A stretch of 64,000 nt of DNA from Coniocarpon cinnabarinum (Eukaryota): NCBI GenBank assembly GCA_051942205.1, contig JAVECO010000037.1:62001-126000 (forward strand), given 5' to 3'. Under the pieces are notes generated by a model. The model saw nothing but the letters and a program-made list of their open reading frames with translations. It was not told the origin of the DNA and did not search any database. A program made the position numbers and the translations under genes. Of the stretch, positions 12,828 through 24,455 are shown piece after piece. Every line of letters begins with the position of its first letter. The first letter of the stretch is position 1.

Positions 12828-15029
12828 ATGGCCCTACATTCTCCGTTGGTCATATCGTCTCCGCCGCGCCCTCCGGTCATATTTTGCTCCTCATCCCCAG
12901 ACATCCCTCCGCTAGACACCCTGCTGAGACGCAGGTCGCCCAAGCCTCTCAGATCTGGCTCTGGCGCAGCTTCCATTCCCTCTGGTGCAACCACCGGGTT
13001 TCAATCGGCTCGCCTCTTACAGCGTGACGACGTGGAGGATGATATCCAAATCAGTACAGTGCCTGGCGCGGAGAAGCCAAACAAGCGTCGAAAGATGGTG
13101 CATAATAAAGACGATGCTCTTGAGGGCCAGCCGGTAGCACAGACAAGAGAAGGCTTGCATCGGCGCCGGCACAGTCCAAAATTGGGCAGATACGTCTTTG
13201 ATGTCTCAGAAGCAATCGAAGAGACTGCAGATGCTGCAGTGGTAGAGGACTGTGAGCGACAGGGATGTAAAGACGGCCAGGTTGACGCAGCTATGGTGAG
13301 GCGGCCGACCAAGACAAGACTGGGCGTTGGAGAGAATGGTCGAAGGTTGCTAGCACATGACGACCACCCCGTCAATGATGCAGGAGCACCTTCTATGATT
13401 TCGCATAAAGCGCAAGACCAATCTGTACCGCCTCCTGATCCTGATCCTGATCCCTCGTCATTTGCGGACTCTCCGCCGAAGGGACACGACGAGAAGACTC
13501 AGACACCAACAACATCTCGCAACATGGGAGACGATTCAGGATCATCTAAAGAGCTAGCTGCCCGCATCTCTGCGGTGGTCAGAGAGCCTGTCTCCAATGA
13601 ATCTCCAAGTATAGACTTCCAAGCAGCTTGGTCTTATTCGGGACCTGAGCGAGAACCGAACCAGCCTGAAGCCGTTGGGGACCTCAAAGCAGCAAGTCGC
13701 AAATCAAGCACCACCGACAAACCCAAAGCCCCGCAACAGAAGAAGCCGAAGCAAGCGCCCAAAAGCCTCAGAACAGTAACTAGCGTTGCAATCGCTCAAT
13801 ACCAAGATGCACCAGCGCAGGAAGATTGTCCTAGCTCACAATCATTTTGGGACCAATCGGAGTCTGCACGCGCCGCCAAATTGCTCGAGCCGACATCGAA
13901 ATCTCAGGGCAAGACAAAGGCGAAAAAGCCACCAAAGAAGTTGCCAGACCCAGAGGTAGCGCAATCTCGTGTAACACAGAAGAATGAGTTCTTCTTTGGC
14001 ACATCGAGCCAGCTCACGCGAAACGAACCCGATGACCTAGTGCGTGATCTGCAACGTGCGATGAAAGAATCTGAAGACGGGGAAACCATTACAGCATCGA
14101 CCTCTGCTGGTCTGTGGACTTCGGGCGCACGCGGTCACGACGATTCGTTGCTAGAAGCTGAGGAAAAGGTGACCAAGATCAAGGTGTACTCACCAAAGAG
14201 AGACTCGTATACAGGGGTTGGTGGTGTCGAACACCTGCCAAGACTGATGTCTGCAACGTCTACAGGGAAAGGCGTTCTGCACTCGCTATCCTTAAACCTT
14301 TTGACGCCGACGCATCGATCACCATCAAACAACTCGCCCTCCAAGCACCATGCCCGTTCCTATGTGACCGATGCGAATGAAGCGGCCGAGGCGAAGCCTG
14401 TGCGGAAGGGCAAGCCTCGTGGGCGCCCTCGTAAGAATCCACCCGAATCAAGTGCTAAAAATACAGCAGCGAAGCATCCACAGATTGCAGCAAAGAAAGA
14501 CAGCGCTAATGTCGATCCTGATACCGACGCAGGCTTGCCGCAAAAGCCCAAAAGGCGCAGGAGCAAGAAGACACCGAAAGCAGTTGAGGAAAAAGAGGAG
14601 CAAACGGCTACCCTTCAAGAAGACATTCTGGACATCGACGAGGTTGAAGAAAGGGAACAGGTGACCGACGCAACGAACAAAAAGCGCTCCAAAGCAAAAC
14701 CGAGCTTGAAGCAAGCGCGGGAGGACTTTCTTGCCAACAAAGCTGCGACTGTGTTTCCGGCAATCACGAAAGTGATCAAAACTCAAAGCCGCGACCGAGC
14801 GAAGCCGAAGGAACTGACGTGGCATGAGAAGATATTGCTGTACGACCCCATCGTCTTGGAAGATGTGACGGCATGGCTGAAAAGCAGTCCGCTCAAGGAC
14901 GAAGACGAAGACAAGCTTCTGCCGATGGAAGAGCTGAAACCGTGGATGGTGCAGCTGTGGTGCGAAGAGCACAGTATTTGCAACATTTGGAAAGAGGGCC
15001 TGCGAGGCGGGGTGAAGCTCAAGTACTAG
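12828..15029 (+). CDS. SLX4: Structure-specific endonuclease subunit Slx4
   Basis: C-terminal Slx4 domain LTWHEKILLYDPIVLEDVTAWL...VQLWCEEHSICNIW, the fungal Slx4 segment FFFGTSSQL, and an AT-hook-like PRGRPRK. First ATG at 12828. Confidence 0.92.
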   Translation: MALHSPLVISSPPRPPVIFCSSSPDIPPLDTLLRRRSPKPLRSGSGAASIPSGATTGFQSARLLQRDDVEDDIQISTVPGAEKPNKRRKMVHNKDDALEGQPVAQTREGLHRRRHSPKLGRYVFDVSEAIEETADAAVVEDCERQGCKDGQVDAAMVRRPTKTRLGVGENGRRLLAHDDHPVNDAGAPSMISHKAQDQSVPPPDPDPDPSSFADSPPKGHDEKTQTPTTSRNMGDDSGSSKELAARISAVVREPVSNESPSIDFQAAWSYSGPEREPNQPEAVGDLKAASRKSSTTDKPKAPQQKKPKQAPKSLRTVTSVAIAQYQDAPAQEDCPSSQSFWDQSESARAAKLLEPTSKSQGKTKAKKPPKKLPDPEVAQSRVTQKNEFFFGTSSQLTRNEPDDLVRDLQRAMKESEDGETITASTSAGLWTSGARGHDDSLLEAEEKVTKIKVYSPKRDSYTGVGGVEHLPRLMSATSTGKGVLHSLSLNLLTPTHRSPSNNSPSKHHARSYVTDANEAAEAKPVRKGKPRGRPRKNPPESSAKNTAAKHPQIAAKKDSANVDPDTDAGLPQKPKRRRSKKTPKAVEEKEEQTATLQEDILDIDEVEEREQVTDATNKKRSKAKPSLKQAREDFLANKAATVFPAITKVIKTQSRDRAKPKELTWHEKILLYDPIVLEDVTAWLKSSPLKDEDEDKLLPMEELKPWMVQLWCEEHSICNIWKEGLRGGVKLKY

Positions 15030-16804
15030 GAGGGTGAGGTGGTTGGTCTGCAAAAGAAGTTACCCCGGGATCTTTGTGCGCAAAGACCGTGCGGTGCTCG
15101 TGGGACGCACTCATCCTCAATGGCAATTGCTGAAGCGTCCGAACTGGTCAGAGCGGCGGAGCAGACCACCACAAGAGACGGGAAGGATAGATACGCCACT
15201 GATCCGTTGGGAAAGCCAGACAGAGCCGCAATCGTCCTTGCACCAGAGCAGCCTCAGCGTCGTCGCCGTCTGCGGCGACCTGACGGCACACGATCGCACT
15301 CAGCCATCAAGCAAAGCTCCGAGCCGATGAAAGCTCGACCGACAGCTCGACCCTCGAACCCCACACTCTTGGCGGGACATTGGATCTCCCACCCATGGGG
15401 CTGCTCGCGTGGCGAACCGTGGTTGGCCCCCAGACTAAGGCGCCCTCCCGCCGCCTGCGCCTGGTACGGAGTCCCGGAGTATACAATTGGAACTCACCCA
15501 CATTCTGATCCACTTCTCGCAGCGCCCTGTTGCTCGACCTCCCTGCTCCTGTCCCTGCTGACGCGTCCGCCGTCGACACGAGTGATGGAAGACTATATCA
15601 GGACCTTACGCACCTATCCTTCGCCACCAACACCGCCTTGCATGGACTTTCTGCCTTGGGTTCTTGCCGGATACGTTCACGGACTCTTTTCTGGGCGTGC
15701 CAATGCGCGTGAGGCGGCAGACTGATTGCTATGCCCACAGCTGAAAAGCGTCCTCGCAGATCAGCCAACTTTCAACCTCCACCTCAATGCCCGGCCAAGT
15801 ATCCACCAGCGAAGCCTCGTCGCCCTCGCCGCATTCCGTCTCTACCCAGAAGCTTCCAGCGTATCTTTGCTCGCACACAGCCTGCGGCACGTGATGACAT
15901 GGCCGGCGAGTTGACGGTGCACGCAGGAGGCGGTAAGCGACTCATCCCGCTGGTGGATGACCAATGCTGTGACGATGCGGCGTCGGGACGACGGACCGCA
16001 TCCCTACACATTGGCGGGGTCATTGAGTGCTGCCTCGAAAGAACCTACGTCTGGTAAATTTTTACGGTCATGTGGACTGCGTAAAACAGGCGTCTGCGAT
16101 GTTCAAACGCGTCATGTTCCAACTTACCCCGATGCTGGACTTGTGGCCACCAATGGCAATTCCCAACTCGGAACGCGGCGCAGTCCTTTTCTCCTGACAG
16201 CATCCATTCACCGCCCCTCGCGTTCGGTCGCTGCCTCGCCACTTCACATTGGCTGCTGACCTGTGGATAGCGCCGAGGACGCTCCAAGATACGCTGTGAG
16301 CTACACACTTAATGGGGATGGAAATGAGGGACTTTCACCGTCGAAGACCAATGTTACAGGGCCCCGCGACTGAGACATATGTTTGTGACGGGTTTGATCC
16401 ACATCGGTGCCAATGGCGGTCGTCACAGCCTCGTTGAATGCGAAGGATGGCAAGAGCTGGCGCACGGGGAGAGGAGAAGCTGGAGCGCCGGGATCGGGGG
16501 CTATGCACCTGGTCATTTGCAAGCTGTGTCTTGCTCGATGTTGCAACGCCGGGCGCCAACAAATGAGTATGGCCGCAAATACTTCGAAGGTGTGCTGGAG
16601 GGGTGGATTATAAGAGGGGTCCTCTTTCGCGCAGGACATTTGCGCTGCCTGGAGTTGATTCCAAGCAACAAAGATCCCGTTGATTCCAGGAAACAAATTC
16701 AACTCGTATTCTTGGATGAAAGTGGCTCGCTTTGGTATCGTTTTATGTACATCCTTGTTAGAACTCAAGCAAATCTCTGTGAGACGTCGTCCTTCACCGC
16801 AGTC

Positions 16805-18412
16805 ATGACCTGGCTATCGTTAGCTATCGTCTTATCACATCTCTTCCTTCAGCTTGTGTCCGCTGCTCCAGTACTATCATCCTCTGGAAGCAACCCGCTG
16901 TTCGACTTCAATGTTACTAACCCCAATGTCACCAGCACAAATGTTACCTGCTCTAATGTTACCTGCTCCAATGTTACCAGCTTTAATGTCAAGCGCTCTG
17001 AAGCAGGCGGCAATCTGTTCCGTCGGCTTGTGTCAGCTGCTCCCGTATTATCCTCGAGAAGTAACCTGCTATTCGATTTCAATGTTACCAACCCCAATGT
17101 TACCAGCTCCAATGGTACCAACTCCAATGGTACCAGCTCCAATGGGACCAGCTCCAATGGGACCAGCTTCAATGTCAAGCGCTCTGAAGCAGGCGGCAAT
17201 CTATTCCGTCGGCTTGTGTCAGCTGCTCTAGGACAATCATCCTCTAGAAGTAACCCGCTATTCGACTTTAATGTTACCAACCCTAATGTTACCAGCTCCA
17301 ATGGTACCAGCTCCAATGGTACCAACTCTCGGCTTGACAAAAGAAATTTTATCAGCCTCGATGATAGCAGCTTTAACGATACCAGCTTCGATGATAGCAG
17401 CTTCAACGATGCCAGTTTCGATGATACCAGCTCCAATGTTACCAGTGTGCATGTCAAGCGCTCTGAGGCAGGACCAAAGCTAGGCGGCATGAACTTTCCA
17501 GATCCTACTGTGTTTCATGAGGGGAACACATGGTACGCATTCGCCACTGATGGCAATGGCAAGCGGGTCCAGATGGCCTCCAGTACCGATTTCAACACCT
17601 GGACATACATTGATCGCGATGCAATGCCCACGGTAGGCGGATGGGTCAATGCCGCATCTGCACAAGTCTGGGCACCGAGCGTGGTTAAGGTCGTAAGTCT
17701 GACAGACATTCCTGTTGACTTGATGTACCTGTACTGACAATGTGTCAAGGATGACGGCTCTTTTGTGATGTACTACTCCGCTGCCACGAAGCAAGATAAC
17801 AGGAAGCATTGCGTCGGTGCCGCCAGCTCGAGCACCATCACCGGCCCGTACACGCCACAACCGAATGCCCTGTACTGTCCTCTCGACCGAGGTGGCGCCA
17901 TCGACGCCTCATGGTTTGTGGACACCGGCGGTCAACGCTACGTCCTCTACAAAATCGACGGTAACTCGATTGGTCATGGAGGCAGCTGCGGCAACTCCGT
18001 CAACCCCATCGTCCCCACGCCAATCCTGATGCAAGCCGTCGCCGGCGACGGCGTCACGCCTCAGGGCGACCCTGTCCAGCTCTTCGACAACGCCGGCGCT
18101 TCAGATGACGGCATTGTGGAGGCACCGAGTCTGGTCAAGGCGCCGGACGGTACTTACGTGCTGTTTTTCAGCTCGGGCTGTTACAGGACCCCGGACTATA
18201 CGGTCAACTATGCGACGAGCAATGCGGTCTTTGGACCGTATACGAGGGCTGCGGCGCCACTTTTCAAGACGGGCACGGATGGTTTGAGTGCTCCTGGTGG
18301 AATGACCATCTGGAATGATGCTGTGCATATGGTGTTTCATGCGGGACCGGCGGATGACCGTGCGATGTACACGGCCCAGGTGACTGTTAATGGAGCTACT
18401 GTGACGGCTTGA
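16805..18412 (+). CDS. Secreted glycoside hydrolase family 43 with a repetitive N-terminal pro-region
   Basis: Signal peptide MTWLSLAIVLSHLFLQLVSA. GH43 motifs FPDP (general base), WAPSV, GAIDAS, VEAPS (general acid). Intron 17693-17749. Confidence 0.92.
16851..17470 (+). repeat. Three ~175-190 nt tandem coding repeats, each containing 15-nt microrepeats
   Basis: Units start at ~16851, ~17025 and ~17211 (gcttgtgtc.gctgct). Internal repeats are aatgttaccagctcc / aatggtaccagctcc. Confidence 0.95.
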
Positions 18413-19082
18413 TGGAGACGGTCGTTGTTATGCTTTCTGAATGATTAGAGGATGTCCCATGGGCCAATGGATATGGAGTTTATGGTGGGAATGCATTACG
18501 CCTCGAAGACGAGAGGTAACCGATGCTTGAAAAGTGAGATCGCAGCTTGTCAATGGATATAGCGGTGCTAGCAACCTTCTCCGCTTGACGTCTTGGTCCT
18601 CAGTGTGTGTGCTTGCACCGGAATGTTTCGGCTACTCTGACTCTCTGATGCATCTCATGCAGCACTAGGCAGATCATTGCACGCGCAGCTATGCAGTCTT
18701 CCCCACCGGCCAGTCACGTGCATCTCCACTATTGGCCCGGCCAGATCAAGCCGATGCACGCGCATCATTACTCTTTTCGTCGGTGGAGCTTTCGTCTTGT
18801 CAACAACCAGATGAAGGTGGACCGGCTTTGTAAGGCCATTTTGCATCTTCACCCCAACCCAGCATCGTAATCTCCAGGAACTCCTTTTCTGACATGTGTA
18901 CTTTCTAGTGACTCCTGTGGCATGTCCACTTTTCTTCAAAGACTGTTGATAAGCTCTCAGAGAATATATCGAAGTCGAAGCTAGGCGTGAGAGCGGACAA
19001 GGGCTCGGAAGCCAAGGCTCATCTAAGCAAGACAAAAACTCTGAACCAAGCTTTCATTGGGTAGACCTCAAGCCAAGACAAC

Positions 19083-20771
19083 ATGCCATCCTTATCGAAA
19101 CAGCTGCGACGGCTGTCCAGTGGCTTCCAGGTCAAGCTACCCAGTCGCAAGAACAGCGAGCAAGGCACTGTGTCCTCGTCGACATTGCCAGCATCCACTC
19201 CAAGTACCCCTCATCAGGTCTTGGCATTGAGTGATTCCATCTTTGATGAACAGCCACCGGCTTACTCACCCGTCGATCGTAGAACTATCAGGTTCGACGA
19301 CGCTGGAGATGAAGCCCGACGGCGTGAGAGCCGGCGACAGGCTGGCAGTCCCCCCTTGAGCCCACGCTCAACATCGCGGACACCTACGACTGACGATGAA
19401 CGTTCCACGCGCTTCGGCTCCAATAGCTCTGCAAGCGACTCGCAAAGCTTCCTCAAAGATATTGATGAGTTGAAGGATGACAGCGATGAAGATGCCGAGT
19501 CGCTGTCAGGTGATGAAGATATCTCAGCAGAGCCTGACGGCCATGACGCTGCTGTAGGCCCGACGCGACAAGACGACACTCCCGCTGAAGCAACTGCATC
19601 TTCTTCTTCGTCACCGACTGTGTTCTCTTTCCTACCTCGAGAGTTATGGATCACGATCGCATCATATCTGCCCCCGGACACTGCCGCTTCTCTAGCTCTC
19701 GCAAACAGGGAGACGGCAGCACGCTTAGGTCCCTTCTTCTGGCCACCTTTGAATGATCCTTCAAGCAAACAGTCTAAAGCTGCGTTCCTCGCACACATGG
19801 CGCCTCATCTACCTCATCATGTATTCTGCGAACCCTGCGCAAGGTATCACGCCCGTCACAGTCCCAAAGATAGACCTCATCGTGAAGTCCTCCGATCAGC
19901 TTCTGAATACATCCGGAAACCACTCCTTGCCTCACGTTGCAAGTCGGGCGCCGCCTTACCCGCCACTAGATTAACGTTGGACCAATGTCTTCCCTATCCT
20001 CTCGCCACTCTGACCATGGCATCGTCGAATTTCCCGGACTCCCACCATCATTCTCCGTCCCTTAAACAGCTCAACCGCACCTGGAGCCCCTCCAACTCCG
20101 CATGGGCCGACATCGCTCAATCCTGGACGGTCGACCCCACATGGACACACAAAACGCGCTTCGCCATCTCCATACCCTTCGAACCAGGTGACGTGCCTCA
20201 ACTCCTCGTCAAAGTCACAAGCACGTACTTTCCTCGCGCGAATCTGACAGCCTCGGAACAGCGTCTCATCCTCAGCAGCCGCAAAGATTACACCGCTAAT
20301 TACACAACCTGCGCGCACGAATCCAAGGGTGGCTTACTGTTCAGCGCATGCAAATGCGCTCTCGGTCACATCCCGTCCAGCTCTGGCAAAGACGTGCCCC
20401 GCCGCGCATCGCAGTGCCCACGTTGCCGTCCTCTGTACAAATGCATGATCTGTCCCACCGAATACCAAATCGAGATCAAACTCGTGAGCCAGGGAACCAA
20501 GTTCCGGCACGCGCTGGTCGTGACGCGCTACACGAATCTCGGCACTTGCCGCAGCGTGAATGAAGTGGAGTGGCGCGCGTGTTCGAGCGAGCTGGACTAT
20601 CAGGATGAGGAGAGTGTCATTTGGGAATGGGGCGATCAACGCACTGTGAGGAGTTTGTGGGGGGCTGCGACGGGAGAGAGTGCGGCGAGTTGGAAGGCGG
20701 TGCCGTTGCGCAGGCCGAGTCACTGGCGGAGTGAGCGGCGGGATGAGGTGATGTTGGCGTTGCAGCAGTGA
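19083..20771 (+). CDS. F-box-like domain protein with a Cys-rich C-terminal region
   Basis: Uninterrupted 562-aa ORF. FSFLPRELWITIASYLPPDTAASLAL is F-box-like. CEPC, CPRC and CMICPTEY resemble a common fungal F-box-associated region. Confidence 0.75.
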   Translation: MPSLSKQLRRLSSGFQVKLPSRKNSEQGTVSSSTLPASTPSTPHQVLALSDSIFDEQPPAYSPVDRRTIRFDDAGDEARRRESRRQAGSPPLSPRSTSRTPTTDDERSTRFGSNSSASDSQSFLKDIDELKDDSDEDAESLSGDEDISAEPDGHDAAVGPTRQDDTPAEATASSSSSPTVFSFLPRELWITIASYLPPDTAASLALANRETAARLGPFFWPPLNDPSSKQSKAAFLAHMAPHLPHHVFCEPCARYHARHSPKDRPHREVLRSASEYIRKPLLASRCKSGAALPATRLTLDQCLPYPLATLTMASSNFPDSHHHSPSLKQLNRTWSPSNSAWADIAQSWTVDPTWTHKTRFAISIPFEPGDVPQLLVKVTSTYFPRANLTASEQRLILSSRKDYTANYTTCAHESKGGLLFSACKCALGHIPSSSGKDVPRRASQCPRCRPLYKCMICPTEYQIEIKLVSQGTKFRHALVVTRYTNLGTCRSVNEVEWRACSSELDYQDEESVIWEWGDQRTVRSLWGAATGESAASWKAVPLRRPSHWRSERRDEVMLALQQ

Positions 20772-21402
20772 GATGGGATTTCACTTGGGATTCGACACTT
20801 GGAAGCACGAGCTATTGCATGAGATGTGGATGACACTGGACGCTTATTGCTGTTCGCACTCAGAATGGAAAGCAGCATGAGGAGCATGCGTCGCACATCC
20901 CGTGCAAGCGACAATCGACTCAAGGAGGCCAGCAAGACTCTTGGCCACAAGGAGCGATACATTCGCGATCGGTGACGGAATCATTTTCAGCATGTCTTGA
21001 ATAATAATTGCGGCACACTCAACGGCGAAGCTCATTAGATCTACACTCAAAACTTGAATAGTAATAATGCAACCACCCCACTCCTCTTTTACGTGAAGCA
21101 CTTATATTTCTGTGCCTTTTTCAATCAATTTACGAATGAGACAAAATGCCATGTATTGAATATCATCGAGACACTTGAACCTATCAGAAACCTCTCGTCG
21201 CCCTCTTCCTTAAAGCCACCTCTCGACGCCACCTCCTTGCCCCTGTCGTGCACAGACCATCAGCCTCACCTCACCCCTCTTTTCCATCACTTCCATTCAT
21301 CTCTCATGCTTTCAACCTCTACGGACATAATCGTGCAACGCGATCCTGATACTTCCCTCACCCGCATATCTGAGACTCACAACAGAAACGAGACGAAAGG
21401 CA

Positions 21403-22532
21403 ATGGCGGCTCAGCGCTTTAAACTCGTGTTCTATGCACCCACTTCTGCAGTGGAGAAATGCAAAGAAGCAAGTATGTCTTCTATATCCCTTCTTTGTGA
21501 TGTCTCTGTGGCTCTCTCAATCTTTTCTGCAATCCTTTGCGTGATAGTTTTGATAACCAACTCTGTTCCTGGTAAAGCGTTCGTCCACTTCGCGGGAGCG
21601 GTATAAGTTATGCTTCGATTTTCTTATACGTGTATACGTTGTCTTCAATCTTAGCGCTAGATCCCTTCTTTGCCCTGAGAGTCTGACAATCGCGGATTAA
21701 TGATACTCGTCGAAGTGAACGAATGTGAGGGTAACATGTACACTTTGCTTTCCTTCGAGGTCTAGAGGACGTTGTCGGCTTGAAACTCCAGTTTTTCTTG
21801 CCTGGGCGTCCTGTTATGTCTGTATAGTCTTCTCCTGCAAAATAGCGTACTTCTCACTGCTTCGGTATCATGTCACTTCCGCATCGAAACACCAGCAGCG
21901 CCGGCCCGACACCACGCCACCTCTCTCATCCCCTGGGCTCTCTAGTCCGTGACACCATCTCATACATCTAACGCCCACGACCCTACCACTCATCCCAATT
22001 CTCATCCCCATCCTCATACGCATCGCTCAACTCTCATCTCCAAATAACGCCAATCAATTTCAATCAAAGCCATACTAACAACACCAGTCTTCACAACAAC
22101 AGCCGGTACCTTCCCCGAAGGTTCCACCAAACCATTATATACCCACTGCGCCTTCAGCACAGAAGGCACCGGTCAATTCAAGCCGACTTCCCTAGCCAAT
22201 CCCGCAATTGGCAAAGCGGGTGGCGAATTAGAACGAGAAGCCGAGACCAGAGTTGAGATTACGTGAGTCTTTTTCATCCCCCTCCAAACGCCTTCTTCTG
22301 CAAATCCAACAATTTGCACTGGACGGCTCCCACGCCTCCGCACGAGAACTCACCAGTCCCCACATCACGGTCGATGATTGCAAGTTTCTGGCCCAGTCAT
22401 CCTTTTTGACTCTGAATTAACAAGGCTAGATGTCCCTCCCTCGACGTGACAAAATCGGCAGTCGCAAAGTTGAGGGAATCACATCCGTACGAAGTACCCG
22501 TGTATGACGTCTACCGCTTAGAGGACTTTTAA
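21403..22532 (+). CDS. Small YqfO/Nif3 PII-like insert-domain protein (~115 aa, 3 exons)
   Basis: Exons 21403-21472, 22088-22262 and 22430-22532 give MAAQRFKLVFYAP...EAIFTTTAG...YTHCAFSTEGTGQFKP..ANPAIG..GELEREAETRVEITCP...AVAKLRESHPYEVPVYDVYRLEDF*. GTGQF.P and HPYE are family signatures. Confidence 0.9.
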
Positions 22533-22904
22533 ATTGATTAAAACGTCTACGACGCATTCCCCTCCTTTTTCCTTTTCTTTCTCTTTCTCTTTTGCTTTTC
22601 CTTTTTCTTTTTGAAATCCCGTCTACCGAGAAATCATTCATCTACATTGCTATCTATCTGATATCGAGACCGGCTCTATCAACGGAACGTCTTCAACCAC
22701 TAGCAAGTTCTTTCATTCAAACGATTTTGATCCAGTAAGCCTCTCTTTCTGCACAACTCCTCGTTACTCCTCGTTTTGAGGAGTCTCCATCGGCAGGTGA
22801 AACCCTCCGTATCTGCATTGCTCCTTCAGCCGTCGCTTCCTCGTTTGATCCCTCGTTTGATCCCTCGCTTCCAGAACGCAAGTCACCGGAAATACCCCTG
22901 ATTC

Positions 22905-23055
22905 AAAGCTCCATCATTTAAAAAGCGCCATCATTTAAAAAGCGCTATTACTTAAAAAGCGTTATCACTTAAAAAGCGCCATTACTTAAAAAGCGCCATC
23001 ACTTGAAAAGCGCCATCATTTGAAAAGCTCCATCATTTGAAAAGCTCCATCATTT
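22905..23055. repeat. 18-bp minisatellite (aaaagcgccatcatttaa-like), about 8 copies
   Basis: Directly visible tandem units differing mostly by C/T and G/A. Confidence 0.9.
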
Positions 23056-23514
23056 CCCTCTTCCACTCTTCCACTTTGATTCACTTTGATGCACATATTC
23101 GATGCACATGTACATGAAACAGCAACGTTGACCCCACAATACTTCCAAATGCAATGATGCTTCCAAAATGCAAGGACTGCAATCTTCAACCCAACATCTA
23201 CCTTCCAACATCTACCCCATTCCGGCAACCCCATCCGTCAACGATCCCACAGCTTCCGCGAAGATTCACTCAATAAAACCAATAAAACAAAGACTTCCTC
23301 ATGCAATAAAACAAAGATATCCTCATGCAACAATGAGATATCTTCTCGGACGTCTCCTCGGTCGTGTATATGACCTTTCAGTTCATGTTCTAAGATTGAG
23401 GAAGAGTGCATGACAAGGTGCATAACAAGCACGCACAAAATCGATCAGAGTCAGGTCTGTACAAAGCCTTTAATCATGTAGGTGTGGTCATGGATTTTAA
23501 ATTATATAATAGTG

Positions 23515-24030
23515 TAGACACTTGTCGTCCAGATATCTTGTTGTCCGGGTATCTTGTCGTCTAGGTGTCTAGGTATCTTGTCGTCTAGGTGTCTTGTCGT
23601 CTAGCTATCTAGGTATCTTATTATCCAGGTATCTTGTTAGTATCTTGTCGTCTAGGTATCTTGTTGTCTAGGTATCTTGTCGTCTAGGTATCTTATTATC
23701 TAAGTATCTTATTATCTAGGTATCTTATTATCTAGATTTCTTATTATCTAAATATCTAGTTATTCAAATATTCTATTATTTAAATATTTTATTATTTAGA
23801 TACCTTATTATTTAGATATCTTATTATTTAGATATTATATTATTTAGATATCTTATTATCTAGAATTTTTATTATTAACGTATCTTATTGTTTAGATATT
23901 TTACTGTCTAGGTATCTTATTGTTTAGACATCTTATTATTTAGACATCTTATTATTTGGACATCTTATTGTCTAGATATCTTACTGTCTAGGTATCTTGT
24001 TATCTACATATCTTATCGTCTAGTTACTAG
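23515..24030. repeat. ~16-17-bp minisatellite (tatcttgtcgtctagg) with RIP-like decay
   Basis: Roughly 30 units. Edge units read tatcttgtcgtctagg and central units read tatcttattatttaga. Confidence 0.9.
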
Positions 24031-24455
24031 ATATAGAGACATAGAATTATTGACTCAGTCCGACGATGCCGACCGGAGTCATCAATGGCAACGTTGGCCA
24101 CAAACAGCTAGACTGTGCTCTTCACTTCTTAAACCACGGTTGAGGCTTCTAATCAATATCGACACCAATATATACGTGCTTACCAAACCATCAGCATCGT
24201 CGTCGAGCACGAATAAGAATATCAACGATTCTCATTGAGCTCTGTATTACTATCTATGTCACGTAAATACTACCTAGCTACATGCATCGTACAGCTACAT
24301 TCTCCACATAAAGGCTCTGCGCGAGCATCAGGTAAGCTGTCTGCTAGACATGTTGACACATATACGATTCTTCAACAATACTTCACCAGAATCTGACAGC
24401 CTTGTTCTCATTTTGTATTAGAAGGAGCAACTTTCTGACTCTTATTATAACCGGC

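Noticed and set aside
14300..14800. SLX4 with an AT-hook but no obvious SAP domain as a novelty
   Set aside because: Slx4 architecture is variable among filamentous fungi, and absence of SAP cannot be established by eye.
15039..16300. Overlapping 60-228 aa ORFs between SLX4 and GH43
   Set aside because: No domain and no consistent exon model could be built; probably intergenic or a decayed gene.
16849..17490. 213-aa Leu/Val-rich repetitive minus-strand ORF
   Set aside because: Reverse complement of the GH43 pro-region repeats; the plus frame carries the signal peptide and the enzyme.
22905..24030. Regularly spaced repeats as a possible CRISPR array
   Set aside because: Units are directly tandem with no unique spacers, there are no cas genes, and the context is eukaryotic.
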